Both the position numbers and the translations under genes were made by a program. A DNA stretch of 62,829 nucleotides from Candidatus Saccharimonadota bacterium (GTDB lineage Bacteria > Patescibacteriota > Saccharimonadia > Saccharimonadales > 2-12-FULL-41-12), in assembly GCA_016219345.1 (NCBI GenBank), contig JACRNE010000002.1, forward strand, positions 1-62,829, given 5' to 3'. The notes beneath the pieces are model-generated. The model had not been told where the DNA came from. It saw only the letters and a list, made by a program, of their open reading frames with translations, and searched no databases. Of this stretch, positions 8,666 to 17,862 are shown in pieces (the stretch's first letter is position 1; each line of letters begins with the position of its first letter).

Positions 8666-9699
8666 GCACGCTGCGGCCCAGAATTTAACGCCTTATGGTA
8701 GAAGTAATATCCGGGAGGTAGCTGGATTGCGCTGGTCAAAACTCTATAAGTTATGGTGGCTGGTATGCTAACTGCCAGAGGAACACCAGCTGTAGCCAAG
8801 ACGGCCGTCATTAAACCTTCGTATATTCCAACTCCGCCAGGTAAAACTGATATAAGCCCAGCAAAGTTAGCGATAACGTAAGCAATAATAATAGCTCCCG
8901 GGTTCACGACTTCTCCGAACGCGAGATAAACAACATAAATACTGGCTATCTCAACTGAATTAGCCAAAAGCGCGTAGTATAGAGGCTTTCCAAGATTGGT
9001 AAAGTTTTTAGAGATAAGTAAATAATTTTTATGTAGATCTAAGAATATCTTGCGAGCACCTTTAATATTAATCGTTTCCGGGTGTTTGGGCCGTACTACG
9101 TGGATTAAACGGTTTAAGAATTTAGTTAAAGCTGTAAAAAACCCGTCGATTCTACTGCGACTTCCGACTATATATGCTACGAGCGCCGTACCAACTAAAA
9201 TCAAGGTCACAACGGAGCTAGAAACTAATATTGTAAAGTTACTGGCTTTGCCGGCTGCAGCTAAAGTTAGAAGTCCAAAAACCAGCAAAACCTGGAAAGA
9301 TACGAAAACTAAAATCATTCTGAGCATCTGGACTAATGTGGCCTTACCGGCGGAAACTTTAAATGTGCCCATCCTAAGACCAAAATATGAAAAACCAGAG
9401 ACTCCACCTGTCGGGAACACATTATTCACAAAATTTATTTCTAGAGACATCCGGTACATAGACCAATATTTTAATTTTGAACCCAAAACAGCAAAGCAAT
9501 TTTTATAAATCCGAGCATACGCGTGATGATTTACAAACTGAAGTAGAACAATCAATAATATCCAGAGGAAATTTACTTGCTTGAGGTTAGCAAAAGTTTC
9601 TTTAATCTCATCCCAGATTAGAAAGATCATTAAGCTCAAAGCCAACAAAGTTACAACCGTTACTATCTTTCGCCACTTACCTTCAAGCTTGTCTGCCAT
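8662..9699 (-). CDS. multi-pass membrane protein, lysylphosphatidylglycerol-synthase TM-region (YbhN/UPF0104-like) family
   Basis: 345 aa; about 8 hydrophobic helices; family recognised by overall pattern only. Confidence 0.55.
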   Translation of the reverse strand: MADKLEGKWRKIVTVVTLLALSLMIFLIWDEIKETFANLKQVNFLWILLIVLLQFVNHHAYARIYKNCFAVLGSKLKYWSMYRMSLEINFVNNVFPTGGVSGFSYFGLRMGTFKVSAGKATLVQMLRMILVFVSFQVLLVFGLLTLAAAGKASNFTILVSSSVVTLILVGTALVAYIVGSRSRIDGFFTALTKFLNRLIHVVRPKHPETINIKGARKIFLDLHKNYLLISKNFTNLGKPLYYALLANSVEIASIYVVYLAFGEVVNPGAIIIAYVIANFAGLISVLPGGVGIYEGLMTAVLATAGVPLAVSIPATITYRVLTSAIQLPPGYYFYHKALNSGPQRA

Positions 9700-9719
9700 A
9701 GATAACTAAGTATACGGGA

Positions 9720-10631
9720 TTATTGATCTTTCTTGTAGTTGGTGAACTTTACTTTTATCGGGGTAATCCTGAAAACAATATAGGACTCCTTCTCAAGACT
9801 GGAAACTGGTGGCAAACCTATTTTACTTCCATATTTTCGCGGTTTTACAATCTCCGTGAAAACTATATTTTTTACTGTTGGCTGCGATTCTATCTCAGCA
9901 ATACCTTTTATCTGCGCTGTTTTTAAACTGTCCCTGTCATAAACTGTAAACGCAACGTTGGAATTTGCTAAGATATTGTGAGTTTTTTGAGTGTCTGACT
10001 TTGTCACAAAGTAGATAGAATTATTATCAACTATGTAGTGTATGGTTGCTCCATCCAAGCTCCCATCTCTGTTAATTGTCGATAAAACTCCTGTGTCATG
10101 CGAGTTTAAAAACTCAACTGATTCATCATCAAGAGTAATTGGCTTTTTAGATTGATCTTTGTTCATTTTTTTCACACTCCCTCCGTTTTCATGATTCACT
10201 CTACCCTTACTATCCTCAACTGAGTAGCTCTCAACGTATTTTACAAACCTTTTAGCACAAACAAGACTCGCAAACTTCAATGTAAAATCACCCATTCTGG
10301 TGTGAAGTGTAACTGCTGCAAAAGGCCAGGCACTTACATATTTAACGCCTGCCACAATAAAGTATGTAAGCTCATCGACGTTTGTATATCCAGGCTTGTG
10401 ATTAATAAACATAACTTTTTTATCGGTCGCTACAAGCATACCTTCGACCCAATTCAACGGTCCTTTAGAGGTCTCGCTATATCGTCCGTAGACGGCACCA
10501 CCTATGTGTTCGTCCTTATTAATTACCTGCGGTAAATATTTGGCTGTAAATTTTTTTAAAGCAGATTTTGTAAATCCGGCATCTATCAATTCGTCTCTGA
10601 CTCTTTGTTCATGCTTGCTAAGATTACTCAT
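9720..10631 (-). CDS. fusion protein: bacterial PH-like N-domain plus pyridoxamine 5'-phosphate oxidase-like FMN-binding split-barrel
   Basis: C-terminal half FLNSHDTGVLSTINRDGSLDGATIHYIVDNNSIYFVTKSDTQKTHNILANSNVAFTVYD is typical of PNPOx-like proteins. Start trimmed to the ATG at 10629-10631. Confidence 0.6.
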   Translation of the reverse strand: MSNLSKHEQRVRDELIDAGFTKSALKKFTAKYLPQVINKDEHIGGAVYGRYSETSKGPLNWVEGMLVATDKKVMFINHKPGYTNVDELTYFIVAGVKYVSAWPFAAVTLHTRMGDFTLKFASLVCAKRFVKYVESYSVEDSKGRVNHENGGSVKKMNKDQSKKPITLDDESVEFLNSHDTGVLSTINRDGSLDGATIHYIVDNNSIYFVTKSDTQKTHNILANSNVAFTVYDRDSLKTAQIKGIAEIESQPTVKNIVFTEIVKPRKYGSKIGLPPVSSLEKESYIVFRITPIKVKFTNYKKDQ

Positions 10632-10679
10632 ATACATACATTTTACTACTTTTATGGGGTGTAGGACTATATACTGTAA

Positions 10680-11912
10680 ATGATGCAAACACTGATAGTA
10701 CATGGCCGGCAACCAGCGCTAGGCAGAGCTGAACTTGAAATCCTATATGGCGCCGACGTTCTGGAGCCTGTGGGAAATGACGCAACTTTAATCAATCTTG
10801 ATCCAACGTCTATAGATTTTATGCGATTGGGCGGGATGGTTAAATTTTGCAAAGTTTTAACATTTTTAGAGACTACGAATTGGAATGAGATTGAGAAATT
10901 TTTAGTTAATGAAACGCCAAATCATTTTCAGTATCTTGAGTCCGGTAAACTAAAAATTGGACTAAGTGTATATGGTCTAGATACAAATCCCCGACGCATG
11001 CACGCTACCGCGCTAAAACTCAAAAAAGCCGGAAAAGAAGTAGGTAGATCTATCAGGATTATCCCGAATGAGAAGCTGGACCTTAATAGTGCTCAAGTAC
11101 TCTACAATAAATTGACTCAAAAACTAGGATGGGAGCTAGTCTTTGTAAAACACGGCCACAAAACTATTGTTGCTCAGAGTATAGCTGTTCAAGATATCGA
11201 TAGATACGCCGCAAGGGATCAAGAAAGACCATACCGCGATGCTAGAGTCGGTATGCTGCCACCTAAATTAGCTCAGATTATCATCAACTTAGCAGTCGGT
11301 GGTTCAGACGATCCAAAAGACCCCCTCTGTCTACCCAATGGTCAGGGTGAGCCTAAAGACCTGACTGTAATTGATCCGTTTTGTGGAACTGGCGTAATTC
11401 TTCAGGAAGCCACACTTATGAATTACAGGGCTTACGGAACTGATTTAGAGCCAAGAATGGTTGAGTACTCAGAGAAGAACTTAAACTGGCTAAAAAATAA
11501 ATATGAAGACTGGCAAATACAATTCAATGTTGAGCAAGCAGATGCGACCAGCCACACATGGGAAAGAAGCTTAACCTCAAAATCAGTTATTGCCTGCGAG
11601 ACATATTTGGGCAGAGCCTTAACTTCCCTGCCAGATCAAGAAACACTGGCAAAAATTATCAATGATTGCGACACAATTCATAAAAAATTCTTAAAAAACG
11701 TAGCTCGCCAAACAAAACCAGGCTTTAGAATGTGTTTAGCCGTTCCAACCTGGCATACAAAAAATGGTTTCAGGCACCTTAGGACACTTGATTCTCTCGA
11801 GAAAATGGGATACAATCGTGTGAAGTTCAAGTTCTCTTCTAATAACGATTTGATCTACCATAGACCAGGTCAAACAGTTGCCCGAGAACTTGTCGTATTA
11901 GAAAGGTTATAA
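10680..11912 (+). CDS. putative RNA methyltransferase (UPF0020/Trm11-like) with non-canonical motif IV
   Basis: 410 aa; motif I VIDPFCGTGVILQEA. At the position where NPPY/DPPY is expected the sequence reads IACETYLGR. Abuts rpmA (stop directly followed by ATG). Confidence 0.55.
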   Translation: MMQTLIVHGRQPALGRAELEILYGADVLEPVGNDATLINLDPTSIDFMRLGGMVKFCKVLTFLETTNWNEIEKFLVNETPNHFQYLESGKLKIGLSVYGLDTNPRRMHATALKLKKAGKEVGRSIRIIPNEKLDLNSAQVLYNKLTQKLGWELVFVKHGHKTIVAQSIAVQDIDRYAARDQERPYRDARVGMLPPKLAQIIINLAVGGSDDPKDPLCLPNGQGEPKDLTVIDPFCGTGVILQEATLMNYRAYGTDLEPRMVEYSEKNLNWLKNKYEDWQIQFNVEQADATSHTWERSLTSKSVIACETYLGRALTSLPDQETLAKIINDCDTIHKKFLKNVARQTKPGFRMCLAVPTWHTKNGFRHLRTLDSLEKMGYNRVKFKFSSNNDLIYHRPGQTVARELVVLERL

Positions 11913-12185
11913 ATGTCTAAAGTAAAAGCAGGTGGTTCCAGTAAGAACAATCACGACAGTCCCGGTCAACGACTTGGCGTAAAGCTATTTGGTGGCCAAA
12001 AGGTAAAAGTCGGACAAGTTATTGTAAGACAAGTTGGCATGACGAAGCGCCCAGGACCAGGCACAAAATTAAGCCGCAACTTCACCATTCACGCAGACCG
12101 CGATGGAATTGTTGCCTACAAAACCAAGAAAGTTAAAACTTTCACAGGTCGCAGCGTCCGCCGTACCGTTGTCTCCGTAGAATAA
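11913..12185 (+). CDS. rpmA: 50S ribosomal protein L27
   Basis: KAGGSSKNNHDSPGQRLGVKLFGGQ is the canonical L27 N-terminus. Confidence 0.95.
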   Translation: MSKVKAGGSSKNNHDSPGQRLGVKLFGGQKVKVGQVIVRQVGMTKRPGPGTKLSRNFTIHADRDGIVAYKTKKVKTFTGRSVRRTVVSVE

Positions 12186-12188
12186 CCC

Positions 12189-12854
12189 TTAAGCGATACC
12201 TGAAATTTTACCTAGATCAGGATGTTCGTGATTTCTTTTGGTCTCAGCTGCCGTAAAATGCCCTATAGCTCCGACTAGTTCTTGGTCTAATTCTGATGAA
12301 TTACGAACAGGTAGACGATATTCTAAAGGAGCATCTTGCTTTCCTCTTTCTGCTGTAGCTATCGCTATACCATCTTCTATTTCCTGAATCCTGGAGTTAA
12401 CTACAGCAAGTGTCCTCAAGGACCCACTTGCAAGCCTGCCTATTAATCTATAGTGCTCCTCAGGCGACTTCATATCTTCTCTCAATATTATGCCCGCTCT
12501 CTCAAAAGCTGCAGCTAGACCAAACGGGCTGTCTACACTACTTACAGCGCGATGAATGCGAGGATTTTCTGGATCAGGGTTCAGCCTTGCTAAGGTCTTA
12601 TTAACCCCATACCTGACTGCTCTATCACTAAGAAGAGCTGGATTAGATATCAAAACAGTATTTAGATTGCGTAATCCAGCCTCAGCTAGCTCTTTAACAG
12701 CTTGAGAATTCTTAGAATGAGTAGGCTCAGCCCCATCTATCAAGGATTCCGTAAACCCACTAACACGCCTACTAATCTCTCTTAGGCTGGAAGGGTCAAG
12801 GGCTTCGGGCATTTTAACAGATTCAGGACTGGGATCATTTGCTACTTGTGGCAT
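12189..12854 (-). CDS. hypothetical protein (no recognisable domain)
   Basis: 221-aa ORF preceded by a consensus sigma70-type promoter; convergent with rpmA with 3 nt between stops. Confidence 0.6.
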   Translation of the reverse strand: MPQVANDPSPESVKMPEALDPSSLREISRRVSGFTESLIDGAEPTHSKNSQAVKELAEAGLRNLNTVLISNPALLSDRAVRYGVNKTLARLNPDPENPRIHRAVSSVDSPFGLAAAFERAGIILREDMKSPEEHYRLIGRLASGSLRTLAVVNSRIQEIEDGIAIATAERGKQDAPLEYRLPVRNSSELDQELVGAIGHFTAAETKRNHEHPDLGKISGIA

Positions 12855-12879
12855 TTTTATTTTTTTAAATAACTCCTAT

Positions 12880-12908
12880 ATTATACCGATAAATTACTAT
12901 TTTGTCAA
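12880..12908 (-). promoter_or_regulatory. consensus sigma70-type promoter (TTGACA-17 nt-TATAAT) for the 221-aa gene
   Basis: Minus-sense read is ATTGACAAAATAGTAATTTATCGGTATAATATAGGAG. -35 = 12903-12908, -10 = 12880-12885, and the ATG is at 12852-12854. Confidence 0.6.
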
Positions 12909-13110
12909 TTTTAGATCTGTAAAATTTGAGCAATATATAAAAATTATATCGCTTTTGTTAAATAATTTTTTGCGCACTGTTCACGCAAGTAAACTTAATA
13001 AATTGTAACAAACATATCCTTTTTGTTTAATTTTTTGCAGAATTTTCCTTAATACTGCTTAACATAAACAGAACATATACGTTTTATGATATATCTGCAG
13101 TGGATGAAAT

Positions 13111-13500
13111 CTATTCGATACCGAGTTGTTTTTTGATGCGGTCTACTACGTCTGCAATTAGCACTTGGGACTTGATCAAATAATCATCCACGCCTAGATC
13201 TTTGGCTCGTTGTTTATCGCTCTCCTGAGAAAGCGCCGTTAGCATAATTATCTTTGTGCTGGTGGTCTCTGGTGTGCTGCGAAGTATGTCCAGTACATCA
13301 AATCCGCTAACTTTAGGCATCATTACATCAAGTAAAATTAGGTCCGGCTTAACCTGGAGGGCTGTTGACAAAGCATCTTCTCCGTTGGCCACCCTTTTCG
13401 TTTTAAATCCTTCTGCCTGCAGCCTTGTTTCATAGACATTAGCCAGTTTGTCATCGTCTTCAACCAATAAAATAGTTTTTTGTTTTTGTATTATATCCAT
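13111..13500 (-). CDS. canonical single-domain response regulator (CheY-like receiver)
   Basis: ILLVEDDD, acceptor DLILLDVMMP, IMLTAL, DDYLIKS: all receiver signature residues are present. Confidence 0.85.
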   Translation of the reverse strand: MDIIQKQKTILLVEDDDKLANVYETRLQAEGFKTKRVANGEDALSTALQVKPDLILLDVMMPKVSGFDVLDILRSTPETTSTKIIMLTALSQESDKQRAKDLGVDDYLIKSQVLIADVVDRIKKQLGIE

Positions 13501-13545
13501 AGGGGTTATGCTAACCTAAAAAGCTACCGAATACAAGCAAATCAG

Positions 13546-15141
13546 TTATTTTTTATTTTTGGAAATAGCTGCTATAAAACCTCTGAACATTGGATGAGGT
13601 TTATTTGGTCTTGAATTAAATTCTGGATGGAATTGACTTGCTACAAAATATGGATGATCTTTCCCTTCAACCATTTCTACTAGCTCATTGTCAGGACTTG
13701 TACCAGATACCTGTATACCCCAATCCGAATACTGGTCTCTGTATGCATTGTTGCACTCGTATCTATGCCTGTGACGTTCTACTACCTCTTTTTTACCATA
13801 CAACTCGCGAGCCTTCGTGCCCTTAATAAGCATGCAAGGATAGTTCCCAAGCCTCATAGTTCCACCGGTTTCTTCTTTGCCTCTCTGATCCTCCATTGTA
13901 TCGATAACAAGATGCTTGCCCGCAGGATCAAATTCTCTAGAATTAGCGTCTGCGATACCAGCGTTTCTGGCAGCCGCGATGACAGCTACCTGGAGACCTA
14001 GACATAGACCTAAGTATGGTTTTTCATGAGATAGAGCAAATTGAGCTGCTGCTATCTTGCCCTCTATACCACGATTACCGAAACCACCGGGTACTAATAT
14101 CCCATCATATTTTTTCAACGAAGCGGTGGAAGTTAAGTTCTCTGCATCAACCCAGTGGATATTAAGCCCCACGCCCTCTGCCCAAGCAGCAGCCTTTAGC
14201 GCTTCAAACACAGATATATAAGTGTCTTGATTGTCCAGGTACTTAGCAACCACAGCTACGTCGATGGTTTTTGACGGCTCTGCAAGAGCGCTCTGCACCA
14301 TCTTTGACCACTCTTTAAGATTCGGCTTTTTTGAACCGAAACCTAATCTTTTTGCGATAAATTTGCCTATACCTGTTTTTTCAAGAGTTAGTGGTACTTC
14401 ATAGATAGTTTTAGCATTTGGCAACAACACTAACGCCTCTCTGCTAATACCGCCATATAGACTTAACTTTGTCAGTGCTTCCTCTGGGGCCTCACCTTCG
14501 CTTCTAGCGACTAAAACATCTGGAACAATTCCCGCTGAGCGCAAATCTCTAACCGCATTTTGAGCTGGTTTTCTCTTAAACTCTTTACTCGTACCCAAAA
14601 ATGGCAAATAGACTACGTGCACAAATAAGCAATTCTCACGACCAAGTTTTAAGCCCAATTCTCTGATAGCTTCTATGAATGCAGGGCTTTCATAATCACC
14701 GACCGTCCCACCGATTTCCACAATATGAACATCGAATCCTTCACCAGCTTTGATAATTTGCTGCTGAATTGCATTAGTAAGATGAGGTATGACCTGAACA
14801 GTTTTACCGATAAATTTTCCATCACGCTCATCCTGAATAAGATTTCTAAGCAGCCGACCACTCATTAGGCTGCTCTTCTGAGTCAGTTGAACATCTATAA
14901 ATCTTTCGTAGTGCCCTAAATCTAGATCTGTCTCAGCACCATCGGTAGTTACAAAACATTCACCGTGCTCGGCCGGGTTAAGTGTACCTGCGTCTACATT
15001 CAAATACGGGTCGCATTTTTGGATGTTTATTTTTAGGCCGCGGGCTTTAAGTATATTTCCGATTGAGGCGCTGGTGATACCCTTGCCAATCCCTGACAAG
15101 ACTCCTCCTGTAACAAAAATATATTTCGTTTGCTTACTCAA
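13546..15141 (-). CDS. pyrG: CTP synthase (TTG start)
   Basis: 531 aa; KYIFVTGGVLSGIGKGI N-terminus and the glutaminase motif GLCLGLQ; start codon reads TTG. Confidence 0.97.
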   Translation of the reverse strand: MSKQTKYIFVTGGVLSGIGKGITSASIGNILKARGLKINIQKCDPYLNVDAGTLNPAEHGECFVTTDGAETDLDLGHYERFIDVQLTQKSSLMSGRLLRNLIQDERDGKFIGKTVQVIPHLTNAIQQQIIKAGEGFDVHIVEIGGTVGDYESPAFIEAIRELGLKLGRENCLFVHVVYLPFLGTSKEFKRKPAQNAVRDLRSAGIVPDVLVARSEGEAPEEALTKLSLYGGISREALVLLPNAKTIYEVPLTLEKTGIGKFIAKRLGFGSKKPNLKEWSKMVQSALAEPSKTIDVAVVAKYLDNQDTYISVFEALKAAAWAEGVGLNIHWVDAENLTSTASLKKYDGILVPGGFGNRGIEGKIAAAQFALSHEKPYLGLCLGLQVAVIAAARNAGIADANSREFDPAGKHLVIDTMEDQRGKEETGGTMRLGNYPCMLIKGTKARELYGKKEVVERHRHRYECNNAYRDQYSDWGIQVSGTSPDNELVEMVEGKDHPYFVASQFHPEFNSRPNKPHPMFRGFIAAISKNKK

Positions 15142-15181
15142 ACGCTCAATCTACCCTTCTTATTAATACTCAATACTACCC

Positions 15182-15276
15182 TAAAGCAGCCTAATTTGAT
15201 ACAAAAAAAAAAAAAAACATTTTTATAGACAGTTAGACTTGGCCAGAAATAATTGTTTTGTTTTTAGGCTGCTTTA
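15182..15276. repeat. 13-bp perfect inverted repeat (TAAAGCAGCCTAA / TTAGGCTGCTTTA) enclosing a 69-nt AT-rich spacer with an A15 tract
   Basis: Arms at 15182-15194 and 15264-15276 are exact reverse complements; A15 lies at 15203-15217; located in the ctpA-pyrG intergenic region. Confidence 0.7.
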
Positions 15277-15297
15277 AATACGCCTTGTAGGCAAGAC

Positions 15298-16533
15298 TTA
15301 TTGAGCTTTTTGTATAAATTGGATGGCGGCGTCTTTTTGTGGGTCGCGATTTGCCTTAGCATCCTCTTCTGAAATTTCTACCTTCTGGTCAGGCTCAATA
15401 CCTTCTTTGTCTATGTTTCTTCCATTGGGTGTAAACCATCTAGCGACTGTTACTTTAAGTGTTCCACCAAAGCTCAAACTTTTTACTTCCTGCACACTAC
15501 CTTTGCCATAACTTTTTGTTCCAATTATCGTAGCGGCGTTATTATCCTTTAATGCCCCCGCCACAATTTCACTTGCGCTAGCACTACCTTCGTCAATTAG
15601 TATCACCGTTTTAACACCACCTAAAATCTGTTTTCCGTCGGCAAAATAGGTTTTTATAACTTCCTCGCCTCTTTTTTCCTGCAGAATTTTGTCGCCATTT
15701 GAAAGCCAAATCTCGGAAATGCCAACAGCTCCCTCCAAAAGCCCCCCAGGATTACCACGAAGATCTAATATTATGCCTTTTACGTTTTTTGATTTTAGAT
15801 TAGCTGCTGCATCCGTTGCTAGCTGAACGGTATCATCCCCGAAACGACTTATTTTTATAATTCCTATGCCAGAATCTGTAACTTCCGTAGTAACACTCGG
15901 TATAGTTATTTGATCTCGGGTTATTTCAAACTCTAGGGTTTTACCCTCCCTAAAGACCGTTAGTTTTACTTTGGTGCCTTTTTGGCCTCTTATTTTCTTT
16001 ACAGCTTCTGTAACACTCAAATCCGCCGCACTTTCGCCGTCAATCTCAACTATTATGTCTTTGGCTTTTATGCCGGCTTTTTCGGCTGGAAAACCACTGA
16101 TTGGGGAGATTATTACAATCGATTCCTTATCTTTACCCAGCTCTGCACCAATCCCTTCAAAGGAGCCACTTAAGCCCTCTTCGAATTCTTTTGTCGCCTC
16201 AGCATTCAAAAATTCAGTGTAAGGATCACCCGCGGCCCTGACTAAGCCCTCCTTCAGACCATCCTGAAGTTTCTGCTGAGTAAGCTCGCCATCGAAACTA
16301 TCCTTAAGCTTAGAATAAACCTCTTCAACACCGCTGTAATCCAGATTATTTGGCAGGTTTGAATCTGACTTATTCTTACTTCTAAAATATAGGTTTTGCT
16401 TAGCAAAATCACTCTGACCAAATAAAAAACCAGCTGAGAATATTACCAGCACAACAAGAATATTTTTAAGTGTTTTAATTGGAAATTTTTTCTTTTTAGA
16501 AAACTCCACTCCCTGTTCCCCTCTATAATCCAT
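15298..16533 (-). CDS. ctpA: carboxyl-terminal processing (S41) protease with PDZ domain
   Basis: PDZ region (ISGFPAEKAGIKAKDIIVEIDG) and S41 core (ILDLRGNPGGLL; LIDEGSASASEIVAGAL); N-terminal anchor. Confidence 0.9.
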   Translation of the reverse strand: MDYRGEQGVEFSKKKKFPIKTLKNILVVLVIFSAGFLFGQSDFAKQNLYFRSKNKSDSNLPNNLDYSGVEEVYSKLKDSFDGELTQQKLQDGLKEGLVRAAGDPYTEFLNAEATKEFEEGLSGSFEGIGAELGKDKESIVIISPISGFPAEKAGIKAKDIIVEIDGESAADLSVTEAVKKIRGQKGTKVKLTVFREGKTLEFEITRDQITIPSVTTEVTDSGIGIIKISRFGDDTVQLATDAAANLKSKNVKGIILDLRGNPGGLLEGAVGISEIWLSNGDKILQEKRGEEVIKTYFADGKQILGGVKTVILIDEGSASASEIVAGALKDNNAATIIGTKSYGKGSVQEVKSLSFGGTLKVTVARWFTPNGRNIDKEGIEPDQKVEISEEDAKANRDPQKDAAIQFIQKAQ

Positions 16534-16561
16534 CTAAGTATTGTACCTTAACGGCGTAATA

Positions 16562-17740
16562 TTAGAAGTATAAGAACCAGTCTATTTCGGAAGTATTGAC
16601 CCACATTTCACTATATTCACCACGTACACCGTAGTGGTACTGGCTCACATAAACGCGATTTCCGCTTATTGCCTCAACATACATTGCATGACCATAGTAA
16701 CCCCAATAAGCTATTGCGACCGCACCCACACGAGGAGTCTTGCCTTTATTACTGGTGTTGTGCGGCCATCTGTTAGCATTACCACGACCGCCCCAATATG
16801 GCATGTAGCGACCGCTTTGGTAAACTTTCCAGGCCGCGTAGCTCACGCACTCCCTGTTATACATACCCCAAGTATCGACTAGGCTGTCCTGAGGTGCGTT
16901 AGCCCATTTAGCAGGATACCCACCCTTTGATGGATCACCTGCAATAACTCCGCTACCGTGCTTAGCGTTTTCAATTGCTTGCTGGCGGCGTAGCTCGGCA
17001 ACCTTGACATTGTTAGCCTGTATTTCTGACTCTAATTTGTTCTGTTCATTCACGTTTAGTGAAAGCAGACGATCTTTTTCACTTCTCTTGGAAACGATTT
17101 CTGCCTTTTGACGTTTTTGATCGGCGATCAATTTCTCGATTTTGTTTTTCTTGGTATTTAAATCAAGTTTTAGCTGTGTAATCTTGTCCAGTGTGGACTT
17201 AACTTTATCTTGAACAGTATCGCGGTATTGCTGTTTATCAAAGAAATCTGTTAGGTCGTCGCTGGAAGCCAGCATTTCTAGGGTGGAAATATCCCCCTCG
17301 ATATATATAGCCTTGATTGTTTGGCGCAGAAGATCCTTTTGCTTAGCTAATTCTTTCTCAGCAGCAGCTATTTCAACCTTTAGTTGCTCTACATCGTTTT
17401 GGTATTGCGAGATAGTCGCCTGCTTAGCATCTATTTCAGCCTGTAATTTTGAAATAACTTCGCTCAAACTACTAGCCTCAGCTCCGAGCTGAGCTGTTAC
17501 AGCCTCTTTTTTATCGTTTTGTTGTTCTAATTCTTTAATTTTAGCGTCGTATTGGTCGGCACTGACAATTGAAAAACCAGCCAGCAAAAATGCAGTCAGG
17601 AAAACAAAGCTTAGAGCAAATACGCCTTGCCTACTTGATAACGATATAGAACCGGTGCCCATTTTTTGTTTTATTTGTTTCATTTTTTGTTTTTTTGAGC
17701 GTACATCTGCAATTTTAGCATAAGCTTTCATTATAATCAA
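16562..17740 (-). CDS. PcsB-like peptidoglycan hydrolase: signal/anchor, long coiled coil, C-terminal CHAP domain
   Basis: About 220 aa of heptad-rich sequence (KIKELEQQNDKKE...), then CHAP motifs NRECVSYAAWKV ... GHAMYVEA; directly downstream of ftsEX. Confidence 0.8.
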   Translation of the reverse strand: MIIMKAYAKIADVRSKKQKMKQIKQKMGTGSISLSSRQGVFALSFVFLTAFLLAGFSIVSADQYDAKIKELEQQNDKKEAVTAQLGAEASSLSEVISKLQAEIDAKQATISQYQNDVEQLKVEIAAAEKELAKQKDLLRQTIKAIYIEGDISTLEMLASSDDLTDFFDKQQYRDTVQDKVKSTLDKITQLKLDLNTKKNKIEKLIADQKRQKAEIVSKRSEKDRLLSLNVNEQNKLESEIQANNVKVAELRRQQAIENAKHGSGVIAGDPSKGGYPAKWANAPQDSLVDTWGMYNRECVSYAAWKVYQSGRYMPYWGGRGNANRWPHNTSNKGKTPRVGAVAIAYWGYYGHAMYVEAISGNRVYVSQYHYGVRGEYSEMWVNTSEIDWFLYF

Positions 17741-17840
17741 CCCCTGTTCAGAGTATTAGGTTATGAATTTTATAAATTTACTTTTGTGTCAGCCACGATT
17801 TCTACAGACTTACAAGATTTATCGGTAATTTAGCATAATC

Positions 17841-17860
17841 GTGTTAGACAATTCTAACAC
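17841..17860 (-). terminator. perfect 8-bp hairpin just after the ftsX stop; possible weak terminator or RNA-stability element
   Basis: GTGTTAGA-CAAT-TCTAACAC at 17841-17860; no clear U-tract follows in the minus sense. Confidence 0.3.
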
Positions 17861-17862
17861 AC

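Noticed and set aside
9050-9508. Long antisense or overlapping ORFs in the track. Examples: 9050-9508, 22569-22895, 26491-26820, 34049-34432, 38772-39194, 39444-39737, 41861-42229, 43524-43853, 50263-50727, 52531-52860, 56386-56916, 61498-61788, 62333-62674.
   Set aside because: Each lies entirely opposite, or out of frame within, a gene with strong family motifs. Their translations are low-complexity (S/L/P/R-rich) shadows typical of the antisense frame. None has a motif or plausible start context.
17041-17070. TTCACGTTTAGTGAA partial palindrome inside the CHAP-hydrolase gene.
   Set aside because: It is short, imperfect, intragenic and without a second copy. It is treated as chance.
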